A DNA stretch of 32,696 nucleotides, from positions 1 to 32,696 of the forward strand of contig NMRA01001266.1 of the NCBI GenBank assembly GCA_002633005.1, in the 5' to 3' direction. The DNA comes from Phoronis australis (lineage: Eukaryota > Animalia > Phoronida). The notes below the pieces were generated by a model. It searched no databases, had not been told where the DNA came from, and saw nothing but the letters and a program-made list of their open reading frames with translations. Positions 1 through 10,922 of the stretch are shown piece by piece; the stretch's first letter is position 1, and the number at the start of each line of letters is the position of its first letter. The position numbers were made by a program, and so were the translations under genes.

Positions 1-214
1 CACCTCTAAACTGCATAAATCAGCATACAGGGGACATAATCATCAACCTCTGAAACTTATAATCAGTATACAGGGGAGATAATCATCGACCTCTCTGAAT
101 TGTGTAAATCAGTATACAGGGGAGATAATTATCAACTGCTTAATTGTGTAACCAGTATACAGGGGAGATGATCATCAATCTCTGAATTGTGTAAATCAGT
201 ATACAGGGGAGATA
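1..214. repeat. Minisatellite, about 42-44 bp unit (aatcagtatacaggggagataatcatcaacctctgaattgtgta), about 5 copies, truncated by the window edge
   Basis: Direct inspection; ends about 16 bp from the MVB12 donor at 230. Confidence 0.9.
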
Positions 215-230
215 AGCGGGCCTCACTCAC

Positions 231-281
231 CTCTTGATGAATTTGACTTCTTGACTTAGTTGACAACTCAGGTACAACAAA
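231..281 (-). CDS. MVB12: MVB12 exon FVVPELSTKSRSQIHQE (UMA domain)
   Basis: ttctttcag acceptor, gtgagt donor, 51 nt, phase 0/0. Confidence 0.88.
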
Positions 282-3200
282 CTGAAAGAATTTTACAGAG
301 AATACTTAAAGAGCAACACAAGCAATCTTTACAAAAACAATAAGTAAACAAACAATAAATAAATACAACAGATCACGAGGTTTCGCAGACCTCAGTACAC
401 CACGTTTGACAAGTTACCCTGCAGTAATCCCTCAAATTTTCCTCAAAGTGACAGGTTTGATTTATGGTCAAAAATGTAAGTTGGGGAATACTGCTTGAAG
501 GGATCGACTTACAGGATGATCTTTTTTCTGTTTAGTGATATAAAATATTTCGCACCAAATCAACGCTTTACCATGTTCAAATTATGTATGATCATATCTA
601 CCATCGCATAAACGTTTGAAAACTTCTGGGCACCTACAACACCATAAAAAGATGTTGACGAATTTAAAAGGACAATTTTATCATTGATTTTTGTCCAAAC
701 TTGGTGATATTTTACTGTAAAATCTGTGTACAATATATAAAAACAAGACAATGCATTATGTAAAACAGTTCATACTACAGCCCCTTGAAAGAAAAACAAC
801 TTGAAAAGGACTTACATGATCTGAGCCACTTTTTATGTCGAAAGCTGAGTGTAGTTTAAAGGGTACGCCTTTTAATGCTGAAAATGAAAGAAAAACATTA
901 AGTACAGCGATTCTTAACCATGGCAATACTGAAAAAGAGAAGTTTTTGCTTACATTTGTCAGTTTCTCAACAAAACTCATGAGTCATCAAATGCAATGCA
1001 GTGGGAATTACCAGTCACAACTTCTGACTGTGATCCCGAAATCACCAGTCACAACTGCCGAGTGTGACCAGGAATTACCAGTCACAACTTCTGACTGTGA
1101 TCCCGAAATCACCAGTCACAACTGCCGAGTGTGACCGGGAATTACCAGTCACAACTTCTGACTGTGATCCCGAAATCACCAGTCACAACTGCCGAGTGTG
1201 ACCGGGAATTACCAGTCACAACTTCTGACTGTGATCCCGAAATCACCAGTCACAACTGCCGAGTGTGACCGGGAATTACCAGTCACAACTTCTGACTGTG
1301 ATCCCGAAATCACCAGTCACAACTGCCGAGTGTGACCGGGAATTACCAGTCACAACTTCTGACTGTGATCCCGAAATCACCAGTCACAACTGCCGAGTGT
1401 GACCGGGAATTACCAGTCACAACTTCTGACTGTGATCCCGAAATCACCAGTCACAACTGCCGAGTGTGACCGGGAATTACCAGTCACAACTTCTGACTGT
1501 GATCCCGAAATCACCAGTCACAACTGCCGAGTGTGACCAGGAATTACCAGTCACAACTTCTGACTGCGATCCGGAAATCACCAGTCACAACTGCTGAGTG
1601 TGACCAGGAATTACCAGTCACAACTTCTGACTGTGATCCCGAAATCACCAGTCACAACTGCTGAGTGTGACCGGGAATTACCAGTCATGGCTGCTGAGTG
1701 CAAGTGTAATTCATCATCAGAGTACTAGCTCAGTAAAATATATTATTCCATGACGCCTGGTATACACTGTACTAGATGTGGGCACCTTCTACTGCTCACC
1801 TGGAACCATTTTTAAGCTTACCGTAATAGTTAAAACGGAGCTGAGGAGTTAGGGACCTGACTGAAGGGTTTAGTAGTGTGCAGGGCTTGGAATGGCAAAT
1901 GGCGAAAAAAGCGGAAATTTTTATAGCCCGAAACATGGGCGCAGGCAGCCTTGAAAAAGTCGGTAGTCGGTGTGGATCTTTTGCTGACAAAAATCGAGAG
2001 GACTAAAAAAAACAAAAAAACGGTACCACCTCCGGCAGCGTGCGTCTGTCTTAGCTCGTTCGCCACTCCCGCCTCCAAACATTTTTGGCTGCAGAGTCGT
2101 AGTATTTGTTGCCGCGGTTTACAATCACACGAGCCGCCACTGAGGAAATCCACCACGCTATCCCAGATGCCCCGGCAATGTTGACAATTTACGTTCCTCC
2201 GAAACATAAAGAGCAACTTCCGCTTTTCGAGGTGAAAGTCGTCGGCAACACGGTGGCAAGAAAAAAATTTGCCGTGGAAATTTTATGTCAAATCCGATTT
2301 TTTTACGCGGAAATATAATAAAATACGCGGACAGAACATTTGAAAAAAGCGGAAATCCGTGTTTCCGCGGAAAATTCCAAGCCCTGAGTGTGCCCCAGTG
2401 GGACTACAACCCATGACTTTGAGTAAAGGAAGTGGACACATATCTCTGTAGATCACACTGCCTCCTTTACAGAGTACTAGCTAGAATGACGGTATTTTGC
2501 GGATTACATTAGCGTGTACTGTACACATGTATGGGCAAATAAAAATCCAACAACAAGGTACTTGATAGTTCGAAGCAAACAAATTGCTCGTTTTCGGTAC
2601 GAGTATTAACAAAGATACAAAAAGCTTCGACACATGAGCGGCGCAGCACTGAAAAAAGTGGGGATTATAGCCCCCAGCCCCCTATGGTGCGCCGCCCATG
2701 TGACAGGGGACGGGCATTTAGCCAGACATGAGAGTTAACATTGGCGTGCAATGATACTTAAAGGAATTTATGAATGTCTACTTCTCAAGCAAAAATTAAC
2801 TGCTTTCCTATAATCTTTGCAGTTTTTGCTTTTGATGAAGGTTATAGGAATTTAGTTCACTTCATTTGTGATGGAGAAGTAGGCAATTGCAGATTCCCTT
2901 TAAAAGGATATCAAACCTGGTTTTGACCTATTAACACATACTAAAAGCGACTTTCTCATCTAGTTCTCTGCAACAAAATAATGCCCTGTAACCCTAGACA
3001 ACCCTAAAAAGCTAAGAGCAAAATTTAAAAACTACTCTCTCAAAGTCTGCTAAATGAGCAAAAGGGACCAACTCTTCAGACGAGTTATAAAACAACTGTG
3101 GGGGAAGACCACATATCAAGAACCCTAACACGCAATCAAAGCGACAAAGTGTATTGAGTTCTTAGTTGAATTCTGCTTTTGTCACTCAAGTGAGACAACA

Positions 3201-6200
3201 ATGATGCATTAGCAGGTCACAGAACCAGGATTGGTTGAAATCACCGAAACAGGGTTTGATGTTCTTTTAAAGTTTCAATGCATCTCAACAGTCAATGTTT
3301 AAAACGGAAACTGTTGAATTCGACCACTTTGATCAACAAAACTGGTCTAGACTTCCTTACTCAGATCAAAAGGGATTCTTGATCTTGAGCTAACAGAGTT
3401 GCTGCCCAAGCAAAACAAGAAATAGTTTAGTTCTACGACTGAACACAAGATGGCGAAACCTGTTGGTGTTAAAATTCGTTAAAAACATTGCACTGCATAC
3501 TTACGATGCACTGCTAGCGTGGGAGGTTGTGACTGTACTGAGGAGCCGGATGATCTCACGTCGCCTTGACCGTGACGCAGGTCATTAGTCTGTGTATAGT
3601 TTGAGTTGGGAGGCGGCGACATCTGTTGGTATGTTATGTGCGGAGGCTGAATGGGGGGTGTGGGTGGCTGGAAATGAAATAAAATAAAACGAATAGCTGT
3701 ACATGTTTTGCGTTCTCCTGAATCTCTAAATGAAGTACCAGTTATTGATTAGGAATGATTAGAAACCAATGTACATGAATGGACATTTTGCAAACATGGA
3801 AACATTAAAGAAAACAAGAGCGCACGACTCCAGCATTAGCTAGGACTCATCAACAGCTCTTTGGATTTGGCCGATTACCTAAAAAATTCATTTTAATGTC
3901 AGTAAAAGTATACATTTTCTCAAAGTAGACAACCTGTGGAATGTGATTTTTGACGTACCAATCTGACATTAATTGGGTCACGTGATCATGTCGTTTTAGT
4001 AAATGTTAGCAACGACATTCAGCGCAAATCAATGTCACCAATAACACAGCCCGAAATTTCGCTCGATATTAAGGATCAAGATGAAATCTCAAATATTCTG
4101 TTACAGGTTTCAATAATTTAATTTTCACTTTATGCAACTTTTGATTATTTCATAAATATTAAATATCATAAAAGTCCAAAGTCTGATAGCCCCTCTTGCA
4201 AAAGCTGAACAATGCCTAACAGCGTTTTGTGTAACAGAGCATAAAGCATAGTGTTCAGAGGTTTGATATGAATTCAATCATCCATTTCCCAGACAAGATG
4301 TGTCAAATTTGTCCACTTTTCTAGGGTCTTACATAACCCTAACATCAACATTTCAAACTGTTTGTGAATTCCTCAGTCACCTACTTGGCTAGCATGGTAC
4401 CCGGAACCAGTACCAAATGTTGGCTGTGTCTGTTGCATTGTGGGATTTAGAACATATGGTAGAGGACTGAAACAATGGAAAAGTACATTTACATAAAATG
4501 ACACTGAAGCAGTTAAGAAAACTGAGTATAGTGATTGTTATCAATATAAAACAAGTAGAGAAAATATTAAAGGAACATTACACAGCTGATTAGCAGTCAA
4601 TGTTGATTCATTATCCAAACCAAATTGGGGTTTAAAACAAACTACTTATGTACATCCGATCTTGAATTGTTGCCAAATGAGCCAGCAACTCAGGTAATAG
4701 ACAGTGCGTCCATGCGCCATTTTTCGAATTCGATATTTTAAGGTTGTCCAACACCAACAAACTCTGAAGCACTTTCTTTGTTGGTGGTTTTGATGTTCTT
4801 TAGTTGACATCCTATCACACTAAGAAATACTTAGAGACGGTTTCATGAGAGCAAAAGGCCTAACTCAATTTACAGTTTTAGGGTTGTCCGATCCAAATAA
4901 ACTCTCAATAAGCATTTTCTTTGTTGATCGTTTTGATGTTCTTTTGTTGGCACTGGAAATAGCATCCTAGCATGGTAAAAAATATTATGAGACGGTTTTA
5001 TGAGAGCAAAAATCCTATTAAATTCAATTTTCAATTTTAGAAAGCTAAACAGGGCGAAATGCAGCTATACGTAATACTGCACATATGTATATTTAGGCCC
5101 ATGCGTTTATACGAAGGAGAAATTAGTCCATCTAAATTGAGAAAAACCCACTTCTACCAGTTAAGCACTTATAAATACCTAACTGGAAACTTATAAAACA
5201 CCGTAAAAATCTCACAAATTTCGGACAAAAAATTGGAAAACTGATATTTTTCTAAATAACGAAAGTCTCTAACTTTGTTGTTGCTGTTTAGAATTTCTCA
5301 CAACAATGTCAGACCGTGACTACCGTACTCGTCCGGGTTACCGCCCATGTTTGGCTTACCGCCCACCCCGAGATTTTCAATTTTTCAAATTTAAGCGCCC
5401 ATGTTCGGCTTACCGCCCTCCCCGAAATTTTCAATTTTTCAATTTTAACCGCCCATGCTCGGCTTACTGCCCACCCTGTTTTTTTGATTCCCAATTTAAG
5501 GGCCCAGGGCCCAGGGCCCAGAACTTATAAACGATGACGTATTTATTTGATGCTACTTATTTTTTACGAAAAAATTTGATATTTTACTTCTCCGTCATAT
5601 TATGTCATAGTTTGGTGAGATTTTACCCTGATGACAAGAAACGACATTTTCATTTACAGTTCACAGATAGAAACAATGCACATCTTCTGCAATACTGTAG
5701 ACTTCAAATGATGCAAGAGACGAGAGTCACCGCAACGTACCTGTGTAGTGGTTTGTTCTGTGTTTCAGGAGGAACCGGGCCCATTTTGTAGCACAACAGT
5801 ATATTATTTATATCTCTGAAAAAAACCTCAATTGTTAAAAGAATCTTAAAATTATAACCCAGTGGTCATCATCCATATTTAAGGAGCAGTTACAAAGACA
5901 TTCAGACAAGGTTTGTTGAAATCCTCAATAAATTGTAATATCTAAGAAGCAATAGCAATGGTAAAAAAGCAAACAGGCTATCATAGGTTTAATATCCTAA
6001 ATATCAATCATATTGACATCATCGTATCTTGCAACTATATGTAGTCGCGTTGTTGGAAATGATGCTTACCAACACCCAGTCGGCTATTCGTTGCTACGTC
6101 AATTTTTTTACAAAAAATCCTTCTCCTGTTAGTTTTGAGAACCTTTGTAACTACGTTTAAGTCACAGATAGACATTGTGGGGACACCTTGCATAACGCAT

Positions 6201-9007
6201 ATTTAGGTCGACTCACTGCATCAAAGAGCAATGCTGACTTTATGATTGGCTAACGGTGACTTGACCAAACAACTAAGAAACCATTACAGAATACAGAGTG
6301 CAATGCAGATGTTCTATGCTCTCTGAGAGCAATTCTGCAAACGCATTTTTTATGATGTTCGTGGCTAGAAAACTTTGAAACACTTTTTACCAGGCCACAG
6401 CGCACTTGATTACATTGAAATTACATGGTCTGAGAACTACTGCTGGAGAATAGTATGCAACTGGTTTCAACGTGGAGCTACAGTATTAAAGAGGGCATTG
6501 GAGTTTCGGTCGTGCATGGCTTACCCCACTATCGTATAGCCAGGTGGCGCCCTCTTTGCTTTACTCAACAGTATAAGATCCGTGATTGCACTAGTGGTTG
6601 TGTTTCTACTGATCATCTTTACACAGAAATTCTTCTTTTTAACTGCCTTCTCCCCTGAAATATAGCAGAGATACTTGTTATCAGTCTGCCAATGATAACT
6701 TGCTCTGAGAAACACAATATTAATTTGCCAATGATAACTTGCTCTGAGAAACACAATAATATCAGTATGCCAATGATAACTTGCTCTGAGAAACACAATA
6801 TTAATTTGCCAATGATAACTTGCTCTGAGAAACACAATAATATCAGTATGCCAATGAAAACTTGTACTGAAAAACGCAATAATATCAGTCTGCCAATTAT
6901 AACATGTTCTGAGAGACACAATACCAGTTTGCTGCTGTTACATGAAGCAGAGATTTAGAATATCAGTACACAGTTTTGTTTGCAAATTAAACGCATTCAC
7001 GGTATCTTTTTGTTGTGTTTTAATGGTGAAAGTAATGACAGGCATACAGCCGAAGAATTACCTTGATTTGCATTGCCCCGAGGTCGAACCAAGATCAAAC
7101 AATGGCTTTTAAAACATCAACAATTTCTATACTTATGATAAACACGACCACTCGTGGAATTTGTTGTAGGTCAAAAGCTGGCATGGGGCAACAAAGTACA
7201 ACTTTCCCAGAGAAGATCTATTGTTGATCTTACGTGTTTTACCAGCAGTCCCATTAGGGCTGACGTGGGACTCTCTTAATATTAGGTACAAACAGATTTT
7301 AAATTAGCTCAAACTGTATTAAACAGAAAGAAAACAAGACTTTAAATATTTGCTAGGCAAAAACTATTTAACAATGTCCTTTTCAGTTAGTCTAAAACAA
7401 CCAGATTAAACAACCACAAAGGGCACACAAAAGTGTTTAAAGTTAACAATTCATGAAAACCTTTAAAATGAATGAAAAATATTACGTGAGTCTTGTGTCA
7501 AGTCAACATGTGAGAAACCAGCTGGAACAGAGTCTTTTTCATTGTTTATCACGACGTCTACTAAAACATTGTTTAGGGCACCCTGGAAAAAAGAAGAACA
7601 ACCCTGGGTCAACAACAGCTCCATCTAGTGTTTGGACAAGGAACCAGTAAATCTGTTAAATTGCGCACAACCACATACCGTACGGTGCACGAGCATTATC
7701 ACCTACACTGTCAGATTTACCAAGTCCAGTGGCACTACGCAATTCATCATAAGCTCTGCATGGGTACATGCAACCTCGCAGTAACGACTTGTAAGAAATT
7801 TGAATCCCCACATCCCGAAATGAGAACCAGTCCACACACATGTCACATATATCAATGTTCCTTACTTGAGCTAGAGGGTATATTCGTGTCACACAAATAT
7901 ATCTTGTGTTGCGTTTGCCAAACATACTGTCCTTCCAGAGATCAGCGTCGTCTTGACGATCATGCGTCTTGTCAATCTATGTAGAGTGATGTAAAAGATG
8001 CCAAAAAAATAACAAATCAATGATTAAGACAATTGTAAACATTTTTAAGTCTGATCTGCATGCCACCTATTGGCCACATCACGTGACCTAATGAACATGA
8101 GTTTGAAAGACTTCTGTTCCAACAGGGACTCGAACCCGGAACCCGGGAGGCGTGTAGAAAAAAAATACTTAAAAAATATTTGTGATCTATATTTCCACAC
8201 TGATTCAAGATATACATACGCATATTCCAAGACAATTATGAATTTCAGCAATTCCTGACTTTTATTAATTAACTTTAAACATTATATAAGTTTCTGACCT
8301 CCCTAGTTTGTATATTAATAGCTTGCAAGACTACAACACAATGACATGCTATATGTCTGCACACAATACGGCTGGCTCATGGAATATGATTTTGTTCAAC
8401 TGACAAAAAAGCAAGCTTAAGAAACTTATACCGCACATCATCGATAACATAGCTTTTTTGTATACAGTATTTATGACAAAACATAACTTGGTGAAACTTA
8501 GCAGTGATCGTTTGAAAAATAAAAATATTACCATTTTGAAAATTTATCTTTAGACCACAAAATTACTATAAAATAATATTCTTCACTGATTACGTGCAAA
8601 AGTATTTGACAGAATGATGTTTTTAATTTTTTCAAGGCTAATTACTCTTTTGGAAATAATGGGAACTTTAACCAGTGTCGTTTTATGACATCTCCACCCT
8701 ACAAACAATGCTCGCAATACACTAACACACTCTTAATCTTTATTTTTTTGGAGAAATAGAATTTTTCTTGTTGACCACATTGTATGCTAAATAAGCAAAC
8801 AATTATGCTAATGCACTTTTGCCGCTAGTAACGGTATATTTTGACTCAAGTACAATAGGAAAAACGTATTAGCTTTGAGAACTCCTGAACTTACTGGTTT
8901 GTAACCATTGGGACAGTGGTTGATGTCACGCACCACACAGATGCCAGTGATGGGGTAGTCCGGAAGTGATGCTCGTAAATCCTGCATAGCTAAGTCTAGC
9001 GATGAGG
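231..9007 (-). CDS. MVB12: Multivesicular body subunit 12 (ESCRT-I; MABP + UMA domains), spliced gene, 3' end outside window. Exons: 9007-8895, 7976-7866, 7582-7486, 6654-6525, 5815-5741, 4466-4385, 3667-3505, 877-816, 281-231
   Basis: Manual splicing with GT-AG sites and matching phases gives ...PITGICVV...DADLWKDSMFGKRNTRYICVTR...NVLVDV...KKNFCVKMISR...AITDLILL...APPGYTIVGDINNILLCYKMGPVP (MABP), a Pro-rich linker, then LKGVPFKL...TKSRSQIHQE (UMA). This closely resembles MVB12B/FAM125B as recalled. In-frame ATG at 8987; a possible upstream ATG at 11827. Confidence 0.93.
816..877 (-). CDS. MVB12: MVB12 exon (P)LKGVPFKLHSAFDIKSGSDH (UMA VPF motif)
   Basis: ttttcag acceptor, gtaagt donor, 62 nt, phase 1/0; GVPF motif. 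Confidence 0.9.
1003..1700. repeat. 67-bp dimeric (33+34) minisatellite, about 10 near-identical copies
   Basis: gtcacaactt recurs at 1014, 1081, 1148 ... 1617. Confidence 0.97.
1731..2469 (-). mobile_element. Degenerate tRNA-derived SINE-like insertion (about 230 bp) interrupted by a hAT-like element
   Basis: 13-bp direct repeat cagagtactagct at 1718-1730 and 2470-2482; decayed B-box gggttgtagtccc on the minus strand near 2400-2412. Confidence 0.55.
1881..2386. mobile_element. Non-autonomous hAT-like DNA transposon, 506 bp, 6-bp TSD
   Basis: 13-bp perfect TIR CAGGGCTTGGAAT; TSD agtgtg at 1875-1880 and 2387-2392; subterminal gcggaaa repeats; frameshifted RRLSPRKAE/KLLFMF remnant (minus, about 2192-2244). 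Confidence 0.85.
2633..2700. mobile_element. 68-bp minimal TIR element (CATGRGCGGCGCA ends), 5-bp TSD
   Basis: 13-bp TIR with 1 mismatch; flanks cgaca/tgaca. Confidence 0.6.
2762..2899. mobile_element. TTAA-flanked Kolobok-like MITE (palindromic, 138 bp)
   Basis: TTAA at 2758 and 2900; imperfect TIR aggaat..ctacttctc / gagaagtag..attccct. Confidence 0.6.
2904..3266. mobile_element. TTAA-flanked Kolobok-like MITE (363 bp)
   Basis: TIR aaggatatcaaacc / ggtttgatgttctt; TTAA at 2900 and 3267. Confidence 0.65.
3505..3667 (-). CDS. MVB12: MVB12 exon PPTPPIQPP...QPPTLAVH (Pro-rich linker)
   Basis: tttccag acceptor, gtaagt donor, 163 nt, phase 0/1, only one open frame. Confidence 0.85.
4385..4466 (-). 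CDS. MVB12: MVB12 exon (S)PLPYVLNPTMQQTQPTFGTGSGYHASQ
   Basis: tttcag acceptor, gtaggt donor, 82 nt; phase 2/0 is what is needed to join the flanking exons. Confidence 0.82.
4736..5040. repeat. Two diverged tandem copies of a 140-165 bp unit
   Basis: Shared ggttgtcc, gttttgatgttcttt and gagacggttt(c/t)atgagagcaaaa blocks. Confidence 0.75.
5335..5485. repeat. About 54-bp tandem repeat (cgcccatgttcggcttaccgccc...ttttcaatttttca), about 2.5 copies; probably a MITE subterminal region
   Basis: Direct inspection. Confidence 0.7.
5741..5815 (-). CDS. MVB12: MVB12 exon (G)DINNILLCYKMGPVPPETQNKPLH
   Basis: tttttcag acceptor, gtacgt donor, 75 nt, phase 2/2; end of MABP domain. Confidence 0.9.
6525..6654 (-). 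CDS. MVB12: MVB12 exon (R)EKAVKKKNFCVKMISRNTTTSAITDLILLSKAKRAPPGYTIV
   Basis: tttcag acceptor, gtaagc donor, 130 nt, phase 1/2; MABP repeat. Confidence 0.93.
6678..6925. repeat. Minisatellite of alternating 36/39-bp units (tgccaatgataacttgctctgagaaacacaata), about 6.5 units
   Basis: Direct inspection; unit lengths divisible by 3 explain the spurious ORFs here. Confidence 0.95.
7486..7582 (-). CDS. MVB12: MVB12 exon GALNNVLVDVVINNEKDSVPAGFSHVDLTQDS
   Basis: ttttccag acceptor, gtaata donor, 97 nt, phase 0/1. Confidence 0.92.
7866..7976 (-). CDS. MVB12: MVB12 exon IDKTHDRQDDADLWKDSMFGKRNTRYICVTRIYPLAQ
   Basis: tag acceptor, gtaagg donor, 111 nt, phase 0/0; DADLWKD signature. Confidence 0.94.
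8895..9007 (-). CDS. MVB12: MVB12 exon SSLDLAMQDLRASLPDYPITGICVVRDINHCPNGYKP (ATG at 8987)
   Basis: ttacag acceptor, gtaagt donor, 113 nt; PITG motif opens the MABP domain. Confidence 0.9.
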
Positions 9008-9795
9008 CTGTAACAAAACGGTATCAATAGACCTCTTTGTTGATCGCCGTCACTTGATTTGCGCAAAGGTTTTTGGGAAAAATGCAGGTGTTCGCAAGAG
9101 ATTCAAAGCAACGCAAGAGTAGGCGTAGTACTTAGTATGGTTGCAATAACCAAAGCGACCAAAAGGACAGTTATGTTCAAAACAGATGTTATAGGCTTTG
9201 ACTATCACTTGCAGAAGTAGCAGTATGAAAACTATGCCAAGATCATCAAATTTCAGTAATAAAATTAGTAAATGTAATGTTGTTTAGAAAATGCACTCCA
9301 CCACAATCCAAAAATCGTTTCATAAATAAGCCTAAAAGATCCCAGTGAAATTGTCTGTCTTCAAAACATGCTTTGTCCATTGTCAAACACAAATTTCTAT
9401 TTCCAATTAAAAGGGGACTGTAATCAAAATAGTGTTGCAGTTAATCGGTTCTAACATACAAATAAAACTCATATTTGCCTGACTTGCGTGCCAAACAAAA
9501 TCCGATTCGTATTCATGGTTAAAACACTGAATTCAGAAAGCGATCGCCGATTGGCTGATGTGTCAGTGACGTGAATGGCGGGGTATAGGCTGCTTTACAC
9601 ATTCATTGCTTATGTCATATTTTGAAGAGTTTACACCGTAATTTATCATTGTATCAACCGTCCTTATTTTTTATTGTTTGCCACAGTGCTGTAAAAGGTT
9701 CGCTATGCCTTTTTGTATGACATCTGCTTGCTCAAAGTCTTCGAAAAAGGGGTCTTCTAAAGGGATGGTCATCGCATACCATCGCTGGTTTTCCC

Positions 9796-10595
9796 AAGCC
9801 CTGGCCCAAAGCTATATACTAAATATAGGCCTACAGGTTTTCAAGAGCCGATATGGGTAAAAATGGACAAATAAATCTGACTTATAATATCATTAAAACA
9901 ATCTCATCCTTAAATAAACATAGGAACCCGGTTCCTAGAGTAAAATAACTTCTGTATTTACTGGTGTTGGAAAAGTTAGCGATCGTTCATCGGCTGCTGC
10001 TAAAATTGTGATGTGTTCTCTTGAGTCGGCTTTTTGCAATTACGTCACCTGACCTTTACCAGTTTCTTTTCCCCCGGATTCTTTTATCAAGTGTTCGTCG
10101 CTGACGGTATTACCTAGGTTGCGTACATGTTATAACAAATTATAGGAAATTGTTTCATTTTGTTACAAATTTTTACTATTTTTATAACAATAAACCGAAT
10201 TTTAGAACAACCTTGGTGCTGCGAAGCTGTCATCATGTCCCGAAAGACGTCTGAAATTTTTAGGAAATGGCGCGTGCGCCGTATCATGAGCGTGCTGTTT
10301 TTGAACGGACGACACACTTCTTTTTTAAAAAGGCGGTAAATTATGCTAGCAAATGACGTTTATTTGATTGCTTCCCACTTAAAACGGCTGCAACGAACAG
10401 TGGGAGTGTCAGGTGACTACCAGATTTTGCATGCGCCCCCCCCCGGTCCGTTAGCTTTATACGTTGATGTAGCCGGTTAGTTTTAATAGGAGGTGACGAG
10501 CATAAGTCAACTATACCCGGGTAGTCAAGGGTTGTCTGAAATTTCGGGGTTAAGGGAGCTCAACACACAGTGGTGCGATAGACTTCATACAGCTA
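9796..10595 (+). mobile_element. Copy 1 of a 750-800 bp dispersed repeat with asymmetric TAG...CTA ends
   Basis: Colinear with the reverse complement of 13590-14334 (gctgctaaaattgtg, gctgcgaag(c/t)tgtcatcat, gtgacgagca, ggagctcaacacacag, cttcatacagcta). Confidence 0.75.
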
Positions 10596-10922
10596 TAGTC
10601 GGTAACTTACCAACCCTTCAAGTTAACAGCGCTGAGTATTGGCTGACAGCAGGCTGACTGGCTGGCTAGACTCCACATTGCCCACGGCACAGTCACACCA
10701 GTGTAAATTGTTGATACGGACTGGTTGCAACGGCAAATTTTCGTCTGACGATGACGATGACTGGGTATCACTTTGTGTTGCCTCGGCTCAGTCAAACAGG
10801 TATCCCTGGTGACCCGACATTTCACACTAAAATTTCTTATTCCGACAATATGAAAAACGCTACTTGATTGCACGCTAACACAGGACAGTGACTTGGCCCC
10901 CGCCAAATACGTCACGAGACTA
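10596..10922. mobile_element. Possible TAGTC...GACTA element abutting the previous repeat
   Basis: Termini TAGTC/GACTA only; TIR weak. Confidence 0.3.

Noticed and set aside
1003-1700. CRISPR-like look of the 33/34-bp palindromic repeats, and ORF 835-1134
   Set aside because: No unique spacers and no cas genes; lies in a spliceosomal intron; the 67-bp unit breaks the reading frame
6521-6958. Three overlapping repetitive ORFs
   Set aside because: Artefacts of 36/39-bp repeat units; only 6525-6654 is a real exon
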